Shown one piece after another: positions 12,565 to 25,182 of a stretch of 64,000 nt of DNA. How positions within the stretch are numbered: position 1 is the stretch's first letter; every line of letters starts with the position of its first letter. The DNA lies in NCBI RefSeq assembly GCF_006345805.1, contig NC_042998.1, forward strand, positions 109,926,001-109,990,000. The letters run 5' to 3'. The stretch comes from Octopus sinensis (taxonomy: Eukaryota). The position numbers and the translations under genes are program-made. Under the pieces are notes generated by a model. That model was not told the origin of the DNA, did not search any database, and was given only the letters and a program-made list of their open reading frames with translations.

Positions 12565-13066
12565 GTACGTGTACACACGTACATACACGCCCACACACAC
12601 ACACACACACTCACACGTATACACACACATTCTCTCTCTGTGTACACACACACGCACTCACACATTCACACACACAATGAGTGTGTCTGAGTGTATACGA
12701 TGTTTCTGTGTGCGTGTGGGAAATGATATTTCTATGAAATCAGGAAAAAAACACAACAAAAACCAAAAGGATAAAGAAGAAACATGAAGCTATGCAGAGT
12801 AAATTGAATTGTTTGACATTTTCTGTGGATTATTGAATGGACACTTCTTCCTCTTCAATAATTCCTCACCTTTATTAAATTATGATATTTAATGATCACT
12901 CCTTCGAAGCAAGAAAAAGTGGAAACACTTGATACAAAAAATATTACTATATACCAAACATATACACATGGGCTTTCAAACACGCAAATACATATAGGGT
13001 TACACGCTATGCACGCACGCACCCATATTTATTCAAACATGCGCGCGCGCGCACATATGTATATGC

Positions 13067-13097
<31 letters not shown>

Positions 13098-13154
13098 TAT
13101 ATGTGTGTGTGTGTGTGTGTAAGTATATAAATACGCATAAATATACGTACATAA

Positions 13155-13239
<85 letters not shown>

Positions 13240-13909
13240 GTATGTGTATATGCATACATAATTACGAACAAGCATATAATAAAAATGCATGCATACATAC
13301 ACATGTGAGTATATGTGTATGAGTGTGTGTATGCATGTAAGTATAACTATGTGTAATCTTGTAAGCATGTAGAATATAATGCGCATGTGTATTTGCGGAA
13401 TGAATTATATATATGATTGCATGCGTACTCGTGAGTGAACACGCTCAACCGACTGTTAAAGAAATCCCAGCTTTGAAGTTAATAGTATTATATCATAATG
13501 TTTGTAGGATCAAGAGACAAAACATATAATCAAATTGTCCATACATAATGTAATGATTCAAATATGAATTTATATATAAATGCATTCACTCACATACAAC
13601 ACCGCCACAAACATACGTACGAGTATATTTGTATATGTGTATATGCGCACCCATACAAGCATTATATTATATAGATATTTGCATACATGCATGCTTTTAT
13701 GTGTATATGTATGTAGAAATATATCATGTGTGTGTATATATGAGTATAATATATGTATATAGGCTTATGTATGAGCACATACATAAATATACATGCTACA
13801 TGTGCATGTATATATGTGTGTGTATATATACATGCATATATATATAGATGTATATATATATACATATATATATATATACACATATATATATATATATATA
13901 CATATATAT

Positions 13910-14000
<91 letters not shown>

Positions 14001-14706
14001 CAGGCTTACACTCGCAATCACACACACATACATCTATTTTCCTTAATGATTAAAAGTTGGTGCATTTTGTAACTAAATAACATTATGCATATGGTACAAG
14101 CATTATCAAATTATTTTGTGCCTTAATGAGACAAAGGGTTTAAACATAAGAAAATCAAAATATTGTAATAAATGTATAAAAATGATATAAATATTTTAAC
14201 TCGATAGAGAATGCTACGAGAAAAAATAGATTCCCTTTGTGTAGAAACGATAACTTATGTTTCATTTGGAGTCAGAAAGGCTGAATAGATGATATATTAG
14301 CTTTAACAATTAATATGTTGTGTTTTTGTTGAACGTCACTAATCTGCGCTGAGTCATTGGTCATGGGAATTAATAAAATTTGCTTTAGTTTATCCACTTG
14401 GAAATTAGATAAATATTTGACTAAAATTTGCGGTTTCTTACTGAAGTTGTTCTATTGAAAATAACAAACTGTCCATTGGTTCAAAATAGCAGTTCTGTTA
14501 ATGGCAGAATTATCTTCGTCAAAAGATTCTCTTTAAAATTTCCCATCAGAGATGCCTATTATTGTGACAAATACAAGACCATATATGTAGATACATACAT
14601 ACACACATGCATGCATACATATATGCATACCTATACATACATACATACGTATTACATACTTATACATACATGCATACATACATACATACATACATACATA
14701 CATACA

Positions 14707-14738
<32 letters not shown>

Positions 14739-15990
14739 GTAGAAATGATATATCTCGACTTTGCAAAGGTCTTTGATAAAGTCGATCATGGAATGATATG
14801 TCACAAACTGCGTGATCATGGCATAGTTGGAAAATTGGAGAATAGCTTCATGACTTTCTGCAGGATAGAAGTCAGGTGGTAGTAGCCAATGGGGCCACCT
14901 CCAATGACACGCAAATAGTGAGCAGTGTTCCGCAAGGCATGGTTTTGGGACCACTACTGTTCATAATGGCCCTCTCAGACATGCCCTCAGTCACACAGAG
15001 AGCTACGATCACAAGTTATGCAGATGATCACAGGTAATACAAGAACCCTGAAGACACTATGCCCCTGCAATGTGAGCTCGATGAAATATACAAGTGGGCT
15101 GAAAAGAATAGCATGCAGTTCAATGCTGAAAAGTTTCAAGCTTTGTGCTATCAGCATGCAAAACTACATGCAATGCCCAATAAATACACTGGACCTGGAT
15201 GGTTGCCATCCCAGAGGCACAATCAGTGCGAGACTTGGGGATTTACATGAGTAATGATGCAACCTTTCATGTGCATGTTGCTAAATTGACAATGAAATGT
15301 AGGCGGCTGACCGGATGGATTCTTAGAACTTTTAGAACAAGAAACCAGGAAACCATGATGGTCCTCTGAAGGACACTTGTTCTAAGCCACTTTGACTATT
15401 GCTCTCAGCTATGGTCACCAACCAGTGTCAAATTAATCTCAGAACTTGAGGCAATCCAACGAAGCTACACGAAGATAGCCTCTATGCAGCATATAAGCTA
15501 TTGGGAAAGACTCAAGAGATTAAGACTCTATTCCTTAGAGCGTAGGCGAGAAAGATATGCCATAATATACATCTGGAAGATCCTGGATGGACTTGTCCCA
15601 AACCTTGGCCTCGAGAGTTACACAAATACTAGAACTGGGCGCCGCTGCATAGTGCCAAGGACTCCAAATTTGCCATCAAGATGTAGGACAAGATACTGCA
15701 ATAGCCTGAGCTTCAGAGGTCCACAGCTCTTCACTAATCTCCCGAAGGACCTGAGAGACCTGCATGGGGGGGGGATGTTGGTGTCTTCAGAATAAAGCTG
15801 GACCTCTTCCTGTAAGGTGTCCCAGATGAACCAACTTCGCGGCAGGAGGTGCAGATGAGGGCAGCTGCACCAAGCCCTCTCATGCACCAAATGTCAATTG
15901 CTAAAAAGCATTCGTGAAGTAAAATTACGTAGCAACACCGAATGGTGGTGCCCCAGAATGATCACTGCTCGTGAGCTGAAACAAGATGAA
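14739..15990 (+). mobile_element. 5'-truncated CR1/L2-group LINE: reverse transcriptase C-terminal half and 3' UTR, decayed
   Basis: YLDFAKVFDKVDH, VPQGMVLGPLLF, SYADD at 15014-15028, HFDYCSQLWSP and YWERLKRLRLYSLERRRERY motifs, with frameshifts and stops. Confidence 0.92.
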
Positions 15991-17122
15991 ACAAAAAATA
16001 TATACATGCATGCACACATATTTCATAATAACTGGACTATGTTCCGCATGATTCAAAGTTTCGTCGGTGCGTACGATACATACCTTTCATCAGATGGATG
16101 ACCTAACTTCGGATGTGATGAACGACCCTACTCACCAACGAAATTTTAAGTCAGTAGGAACTGTGTCAAATTGTTATTAAAATTATAGGTAACTCACCAA
16201 ATGTGCTGAGTGTTATTTTCTTACACCCTTTTGTCTATATGTATGCGCTTGTATATTTGTTAAAAATGAAAACAAGTATTACTTTAATGCCATTTTGTAG
16301 TAAATATACAACCCTCATTATAAATACCTATTCATTTTCACTAATTATTCCTGCATTAACTTTTTAGCAATTATTTCCATTTATATTTGACTATAAAATT
16401 ACATTGGTTAATAGTTATATCCTCATTTACTGAAAGATATTTGAACAATGATATCCTAATCACAAATTCATGAAAATATTGTTTCTGGTTTTATTTCAAC
16501 CATGAAATTGTTCAAATCGTTATTGTTCAAATTCCTAGAGTTGAAGCTGAGGTGGACAATAGCCATTTCGCTCAGTAGTATATCACAAGCTGACTTTATC
16601 GTGTATAAATGAGTATATATTTGAAGCACCACACAAAGAAAATTTTAAAGGCCTTAGATAACATTTCTCCTGCTTGTATGTTTTTCCCTTCACAGTATGT
16701 ATATTTAAACTTCAATATTTTAAATAACTTTAATATTATCCACAAACTATACTATTTCAGCTTATGTCCGTTGAGAATCTCAACTTTTCAAACTTATTTT
16801 GTTCTTAAGTTGCTGCTTAGTCAAAGACAGAACTGGATATATAGACATAAACATGAACTTCATAGGTTTGTACATATATTCAAGTCTCGAATGAATTGTG
16901 TAATCTTTGTTTCTTGCTAACTTTGTACACACACAATTGCGAAGTTGTGTGAGGTTGTATGTATTTGTGAATGAGCGTTTTGTGTGAATGTGAGCTGCGT
17001 GTACATGCATAAATATCTTTATGTTTGTTGACGAACGTATTTTTCCGAGTAAGTGTGCTTTATTGCGTTTTCTCGGCTTTCAAGCAAACTGTATTTAGTT
17101 ATAAAATAAAAGAATTACTCAC

Positions 17123-17176
17123 CAGAAATACCTTCATAACGCCACCATGCTGACCAGGCCGATGACGGGGAGCCAT
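17123..17176 (-). CDS. Candidate minus-strand exon with two alternative donors
   Basis: Strong acceptor TCTTTTTATCTTTCCTTCAG. Donors AAG/GTATTT (45-nt exon) and CTG/GTGAGT (54-nt exon). GC-rich; open frames MAPRHRPGQHGGVMK or GSPSSAWSAWWRYE. Confidence 0.35.
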
Positions 17177-19019
17177 CTGAAGGAAAGATAAAAAGATACA
17201 TGAATGCATGTGCATACATACATACATACATACATACATACATACATACATACATACATACATACATACATACATACATTATTAATATTTAGCAGAAGCA
17301 ACATAGGGGCACAAAGGCCGAGAGTTTTGTACATCAGATCTTACTAAACTAATTAGACACAGAGGGGATGCAAATGTATACATCGGTGATAATAGTATTT
17401 CCTTGGATAGTTCTGAAACAGATCATAAAATTTACTATGTCACGTGTATAATTTATATTTTCCAAATAGTTTGTCCGCTATGCCGTTCCATAAGTAAATA
17501 CGTAAATAAACAAACAAGGAAAATGTGTGCGTACTCACATAAAAGAGAGTGCCGGTGTATATAAATACAGAATATATATAGGCAACCATATATGCATATA
17601 TATTTTCACGCTCGTAAATGCATGATCATGGATTCACATACAGTATGACAGAAGTAAAATGAAGTCGTTAGAGACTCTATACAGGAAATAAACTAAATCG
17701 GTTCTGTTTAAATAAAGTTTCTAGCTGTTATTTGCGTTGCTTACGACATTCCGTGTATCATTTTTTCTCCCCAATGTCCAATAGTCTGCATTTAGGGAAT
17801 TATAAAGCATTAATTCGAGCCAGCCGTTGGGGACACGATATGGACAGCCGACATGCTAGAAATAACAACTTAATTGTTTCCAAAACACACCCTACTGTCT
17901 TGACAATTGAAACGATACAAAAAATAACATAGAGATTTTAGAGCTTCATAAAGGATGGAATTACGTTGGTTGGAAAGTCTCTGATCATAGAACTACTTGA
18001 TCAGAGTCAACGTTGGATACAAAATACTCAATTGCTTCTGATTAATATCAAGCCAGTGATACACTGTATACAGAAAGAAGCTACTTCTTAAGAGCGGATG
18101 CCTACATTAGCTTTTTATGACTATGTTTAGCAGATACATAATATATGGGTGTTATGGTCTGATGATGAAATTTAATATATAGAATAGGAATATTTTCCTT
18201 TTATGGATTATTTTGGGAGGTAAGCCCCACTCAAAGTTAATGCTAGAGATCCGAAAATAGGAGTGGAAACGGGATGAATACATCATACTATATGGAATCA
18301 CTTACAAGTCTTGAAACCATTGATCTGGCTAAATAGCTTGCAATGCAACGCATTGGATTCTGTTAAAGCCATCTAAAGGCCAGATGGAGGTGTGAAGCTG
18401 GGAGCTGAATTAATAAATAACTAAAGAAAAAGCTCTTATGTATAGTGATGAAGAGCATCGCATTAGAACTGCCATTTTGTATATAATCGAAGTTAAGGGA
18501 TACTATTTTAAGCTAAATTAAGTATATTTGTGAATATATCACGATATCGGCATACAGCGAAAAGGAAGGATAGTAGGTACAACATATTTCAGCATATTAT
18601 ATTTGAAGAATTATAAAATATTTTACACTTCTTCAAACATACTTGTTATTACTGATTCATTAAATGAAGAACAATCGAAACTGATATGGAACAATCTCTA
18701 TAAGAATAATATCATTTTCAACATAGTATCACATTTTTGTGTCGTGGTTAAAATAGGTACCAGCAAGTTAAGTGGAATTGCTTAATAGAACTACCATAAA
18801 ATGACGCTTCTTTCTAAGATAACATTATCTTTGCGTGTACTCGGCGAATACATATCCCATATAAATGGTGGTGTATACATGGGATATGTTCTTACATATA
18901 TGTATATATATATATGTATGTATGTTTGTATATATGTATGCATGCATGTACTTATATGTATGAGAAACTTGCTAATGCTTTCAACATACATGAATGTGTA
19001 TCAATTAATATTCTTTTCT

Positions 19020-19217
19020 AATCTAGGTACAAGGCCCTAAATTTTGAGATAGGGAGGGCAGTCGTTTTGATCGACCCCAGTATGCAACTGATACTTAATT
19101 TATCGACCCCGAAAGGATGAAAGGCAAAGTCGACCTCGGCAGAATTTGAACTCAGAACGTAAAGACAGACGAAATACCACTAAGTATTTCGCTAACGTTT
19201 CTGCTAGCTCGCCGCCT
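19020..19217 (-). mobile_element. SINE family 1
   Basis: Core and head (GCTAGCTCGCCGCC at the end) as reverse complement. Confidence 0.85.
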
Positions 19218-19296
19218 TTGTATCGATTAATATTCTAAATAACAAACATACACGCATCATTATTATCGAGATATTTTTTTCCATAACCTTAAATAT

Positions 19297-19957
19297 TTAT
19301 TTCTTTATTGCCCACAGGGTCTAAACATAGAGAGAACACACAAGGACAGACAAAAGGGGCTATGTCGATTACATCGACGCCAGTGCTTAATTTATCGACC
19401 CCGAAAGGATGAAAGGCAAAGTCGACCGCGGCAGAATTTGAACTCAGAACGTAAAGACAGACGAAATACCACTAAGTATTTCAGATGTTCAGTTGCAGAG
19501 AAAAGACATTTTCGCAGACTGTATTTGACCGACTTTGCACCTTCTGCCAGTGCGATCAAAGCGATAATATGATTTATGATGGTATTTGAATGCCAAGTCC
19601 TAATTTGGACTCAGAAATCAAATAACTACAAATAATACCATTGGGCAGTCCTGTCTAATCATCTAAAAATCATACATACATATATACAAGAACATATCCC
19701 ATGTATACACCAACATTTATATGGGATATGTATCCGCCGAGTACACACAAAGATGATGTTATCTTAGAAAAGAAGCGTCATTTTATGGTAGTTCTATTAA
19801 GCAATTCCACTTAACTTGCTGGTACCTATTTTAACCACGACACAAAAATGTGATACTATGAGTAGGGCTTTGAATTTGAACTCAGAACGTAAAGACAGAC
19901 GAAATACTGCTAAGCATTTTGCCCGTCGTGCTAACGTTTCTACCAGTTCGCCGCCTT
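19297..19957 (-). mobile_element. SINE family 1 interrupted by a templated insertion
   Basis: Tail and core at 19297-19482, head at 19872-19957, foreign local sequence in between. Confidence 0.8.
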
Positions 19958-20284
19958 AATGACCTTAAATATTTTAAATTAAATTGGCAAATATATTGCT
20001 ATCGTCAAATTTAAGATATAAAGATACTGGATTTACTGATTAGCATTAAACATGTAGATCTGCTCGCTTACATAATAACAGAATTATAAGCACACGCACA
20101 TACACTCATATATCCTGATAAGCCCAGTTCAGCTGGAAGGGTAAGGATTTCGTGAGGCAACAAAGCAGTGCAGATTTCGATCGGACTGCATGGTATTTGT
20201 TGGCATGTTGAATATTATTATAGCCTCTAGTCAATTCCAGTCTCGTGAATATAATTTGCGTTTGACGTGTGTGTGCGTGTGTGT

Positions 20285-20480
20285 GTGTGTGTATGCCTAT
20301 ATAATGTGTGTGTGTGTGTATGCTTATATAATGTGTGGGTGTGTGTGTATGCCTATATAATGTGTGTGTGTGTGTGTGTATGCCTATATAATGTGTGTGT
20401 GTGTGTATGCTTATATAATGTGTGGGTGTGTGTGTATGCCTATATAATGTGTGTGTGTGTGTGTGTGTATGCCTATATAG
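20285..20480. repeat. Minisatellite of about 27-31 bp units, (TG)n-TATGC(C/T)TATATAA, with a higher-order duplication
   Basis: About 7 units; the pattern CC / CT+GGG / CC occurs twice. Confidence 0.85.
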
Positions 20481-22289
20481 AAGGGCTGCTTGCTTAATAG
20501 CGGACGTTTGCATTCTGTTTTTACGACTATCTTTAGCAAGTACATAAAACATTGCTGTTATGTTCAGATTATGACAAGTCTATGAAATACGCATAATATG
20601 AATCTTCTCTTTTTATGGATTATTCGAAGAGAAAAAGTTAAGTCCCACCTCATCTTATTGTTGGAGTTTTCAAAATAGGAGTGAAAAAGGGAAGAAAACG
20701 TGATAATGCATGGAATAAAACACACTTCTTGAAACCATTGATCTGCTTAAATTTTTTGCATTATACACAATGGAACAGTACTAAAGGCAGTCCAAAGCCG
20801 TGCATAGGTGTGGAGCCGGTCAAGGATTAATGCATGGCTAAAGAAAGAGCATTGCGTTAAAACACCATTTAATAAACTAACTGCAATTTACTATATTATC
20901 GAAGGTAAAGAATACTACGAATATCAATTTAAACTAATTATGCTGTTATAGTACGGGCGCATGCGCACGCACACACGTACAAAGGTTGAATGTATATCTC
21001 CACCCTTACTGTGATCAATAATAGTGTGTTGATATGATGAGAGTAGGACTGGCTGTTCAGTTGCAGAGAAATGACATTTTCGCAGTCTGTATTTGACCGA
21101 CTTTGCACCTTCTGCCAGTGCGATCAAAGCGATACTATGATTTATGATGGTATTTGAATGCCAAGTCCTAATTTGGACTCAGAAATCAAATAACTACAAA
21201 TAATACCATTGGGCAGTCCTGTCTAATCATCTAAAAAACATCAGCTATAAATAAAAACAAGGTCAAACTGATGATTCTAGCTTTTAAAAAGAGAACATGT
21301 ATATTGCACACATGGAAATACACAAGTCATATATGCTTCGTTATAAATCTTATACGCATTGGTGGAAGTAGAGAATTAAAGGAGAATCATGTCTCTCACA
21401 TTATAGAAACATTTCTCATGATACGAGTCAACAAAATGGAAAATGCGTTCTCCTGGAGGATAGCGAGAGAGATAAATTCCAATCTAAAAATCTGAAATTG
21501 TATTTAAAAAAAAATCAAACTTGAAACGAAGAAACTGAATCCGGCGACATTGAACTCAGAGCACGGTTAGCCGGACCATGTACTGAAAGGCAAGATACTC
21601 CATCTCAGGTTCCAACGCCTCTACTAATTTCAACACACTCATACACATATACAGACACGAGCGCGCATAGACACTCATGGACACGCACACATACATATAT
21701 ACATACATGCATACATACATACATGCATACATGCATACATACATACATACATACATACATACATACACAAACACACACATACATACGTACACACACACAT
21801 ACACGTACACATGCACACGCACTCTCACTTACAGATATACACAAACGTAGATATAAGTATTGCTACTCAAGTTATATATTAAGGTGAGAATGCAGTTTTA
21901 AACATACAAAGCAGATTATCACGTTTGTGATGAAAACGAATTTCCGGGGAGAAAGGAAGGCATACGTGTAAGTATATAGAATAAATACTAACACAAAGAA
22001 AGTGATGATATAAAAATTTACGCAATGTGTTTGATCATGTCAGAATTCCATAAAAAATATTAATCTCCATATAAATAGTAACATGGTTCGTAGAACTGTG
22101 AAAGAGGAAGGATTTTGATTCATACTTTGAAAAAAAAGACAGAAACACATACTGATACACAGACACACACACACACACAAACACACACACACGCACCCCA
22201 CATATACACACGCAAACACTCATTTATAAGTATATATATGTATGTGTGCGTGCGTCCAAAATGTATATATAAAGATATATACATATACG

Positions 22290-22320
<31 letters not shown>

Positions 22321-22321
22321 T

Positions 22322-22356
<35 letters not shown>

Positions 22357-23095
22357 GTATATACATTTATATATATTCATATATATGTCTCTCTCTCTTT
22401 ATATTTAAAGTATGATTGTGTATGCATGTGTGTGTGTGGATGGCCATGTGTGTTTGTGTGTGCACACAGAGAGAGAGGGAGAGAGAGGGAGAGAGAGGGA
22501 GAGTTACTGAGAAAGGAAAGTAAGATGAGAGAGCAAGAAAGAATGAGAAAGGCATGCAAATCTTTTTCTTACTTTCTGTTTTTATGCATCAGTTTCTCTG
22601 TATATTTAGCCAAACCCAACCATCCACAGAGAAACACACACAAGCCTACATACAATCATATGCATACATACATACATACATACATACATACATACATACA
22701 TACATGCGTACATACGTATATGTGCATGTGTGTATTTAAGTATGTATGTGTGTATGTATTTTATGTATGTGATACTTTATGTTGACATTTGTGGTGTCCG
22801 TATAGTGATGTCTGGCCATCTTGGCTGTTTTTGCTTATTACCAATTTAACAACCTTAAGCAATAACAGATTTGCTATAATCTCGCACAAAAGTTTACCTC
22901 TATAAAATTTACCGTCCATATTTTCTCTACCTTATTTGTATTTATTTATTTTTTACGTAAACGCTGGCGTCTCAAGCTTCCTCAAACTACGAACTACAGA
23001 TGACGGTCATTTTATTGCGCCGTTTGGTTTGTTATATAAGCCTGCAATAATGAAATATTTCTACTTCGTGGCAGTTTATTTAAGGTTTTGTGTAG

Positions 23096-23197
23096 ATGTT
23101 ATCAAACGCGATTATCTAATCATGGCTGCACCTTTCTGTCAATTGCTGCGGGTGCCAGGAAATGGATGTAAGGAAGTCATGGTTGAGCGGGACGGCG
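23096..23197 (+). CDS. Candidate coding exon (VIKRDYLIMAAPFCQLLRVPGNGCKEVMVERDG), phase 1-1
   Basis: Acceptor GTTTTGTGTAG, donor GCG/GTATGT, 102 nt open. Confidence 0.25.
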
Positions 23198-23329
23198 GTA
23201 TGTTTTCGTCTTCACAGATTGCATGACAGGAGACATTACAGCTACAGTTTTAGTGCAAAGTAATACCCGATCAACTTCCACCTTGTTCATGTTTGTTTGT
23301 ATGTATGTAACCATCCATACTCGGTGATG

Positions 23330-23716
23330 AAGATCCAATTCTTCAATCAATTAATCTGCTCCCGAATTAACGTATCAGTAGCTTAGCTTTCCACACAGAC
23401 CTGCTATGTTTTTAGTCTCCCGTAGTACAAGAAATGCGGTTCTGTAATTTCTTGTTGAACAACCTTCACAAATGGTTTACTTATAGTGATCAAATGTATG
23501 TGCTGTACATTATCTCACCTCTCCACCAAATCAACATTGCCTGAGCAGGTGCATGATGTGCTATGCGTCAAGTGTCGGAGTGATAGCAGAGCAACTTCAG
23601 CTGAAGTATTTTGTTCAAGAATACAACGCAACACTCAGTCGCTCCACTCCGCAGGAACAGAAATAATGATCTGGCGATCGTGAGTGCTACACCCTAACCA
23701 CTAAGTCATGTGCCGT
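23330..23716 (-). mobile_element. Degenerate tRNA-derived SINE related to family 3
   Basis: Reverse complement begins GGCACATGACTTAGTGGTTAGGGTG...CTCACGATC and contains TTCTTGAACAAAATACTTCA. Confidence 0.6.
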
Positions 23717-23924
23717 AATTCTCTTAAAGGTTCAGCATGACATAGTGTGTGCCAAGCTTGTACCTACGGGAAATATAAGAACAAACCAGTCAACAGTCTA
23801 TCAGATTCCATTCACAAAGCAAGAGTTGGACTGCAGCAATAGAAAATGACATTTACTCGAAGCCAGACTGGAGGATTGAATCCAGAACGTCCTGGCAGCA
23901 GATTGAACTTCTTAAACATTCGGC

Positions 23925-24402
23925 CATGCTGGTTCGCGCGCGCACAGGCGCGGACGCACACGCGCGGACGCACACGCGCGGACGCACACGCGCGGACGCA
24001 CACGCGCGGACGCACACGCGCGGACGCACACGCGCGGAAGCACACGCGCGGACGCACACGCGCGGACGCACACGCGCGGACGCACACGCGCGGACGCACA
24101 CGCGCGGACGCACACGCGCGGACGCACACGCGCGGACGCACACGCGCGGACGCACACGCGCGGACGCACACACGCACAAACACATGTAGTGTAATATGTA
24201 GATTCATAGAATCATGCTGGTTCGCGCGCGCACAGGCGCGGACGCACACGCGCGGACGCACACGCGCGGACGCACACGCGCGGACGCACACGCGCGGACG
24301 CACACGCGCGGACGCACACGCGCGGACGCACACGCGCGGACGCACACGCGCGGACGCACACACGCACAAACACATGTAGTGTAATATGTAGATTCATAGA
24401 AT
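23925..24402. repeat. Tandem duplication (288 bp + 190 bp) carrying a 14-bp CpG-rich minisatellite, (GACGCACACGCGCG)16 and 9
   Basis: Identical unique flanks in both blocks; the length difference of 98 bp equals 7 units. Confidence 0.95.
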
Positions 24403-24771
24403 CGTTTAGCATTCACAGAAAGCTCTTCTAATGAACTCAGCTACATTAAATACTTTTCTTAATATTTCCAATATCTACATTAATTTCCCGCTCCCACTTA
24501 TCCCTTCCCGTTTTTTGTTAACATTAAAGACGGTTAATTCTCCGATCTTGATCAGCACCTGAATTGATATGAAACATATTTTACTGAGTATACCAAGCAC
24601 ATTTTGGTTAAGCTCAGTGTTCTATACATTGTATATATAAAAAGAAAATTTTGTATGTATACATAGAATTGAGGCACTAGTGCAACCATAATGTTCTGGT
24701 TATCTGATGAACTAACTCTTTCCTTATCTGCATTGAATAGTAAATTTACACTTTTGCGTAGTAGTATATTA

Positions 24772-24843
<72 letters not shown>

Positions 24844-24895
24844 ATTGGTGAATTGAAGAAATGGAGCTGAACGCAGATTGAACAGAAATCGTTTT

Positions 24896-24985
24896 ATTTC
24901 ATTCTACACGTGTTTCGAAAGGCACAATTACCAAAATCCGATTGAATAATGGGACCATATTGTGTCTTTCTCTTCAGGAATAAAA
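24896..24985 (-). ncRNA. Minimal type I hammerhead ribozyme motif
   Basis: Minus strand: UUUAUUC-CUGAAGA-G-AAAGACACAAU(30-nt loop)AUUGUGCCUUU-C-GAAA-C-ACGU-G-UA^GAAUGAA. Stems I, II and III and the full catalytic core are present. Confidence 0.8.
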
Positions 24986-25141
24986 GGAAATCCGTTGGAA
25001 AAACAAAAACAGAACAGAGGCGGAGCAAAAAACAAATCGAACTGTGCTCCTAATTACTCCTAATTACTGCTGTGATTTTTGCTACTAAGGTATCGGTTAA
25101 ACTTTTGATTATCTACAAGATTATTCATCTTTCTATTTCAC

Positions 25142-25182
<41 letters not shown>

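Noticed and set aside
23925-24402. Possible CRISPR-like array
   Set aside because: Units are contiguous with no spacers, the DNA is eukaryotic and no cas genes are present
23812-24416. Long ORFs with ASARVRPRVCVRAC / TRGRTRADAHAR repeats
   Set aside because: Produced by the stop-free 14-bp minisatellite in several frames; no coding evidence
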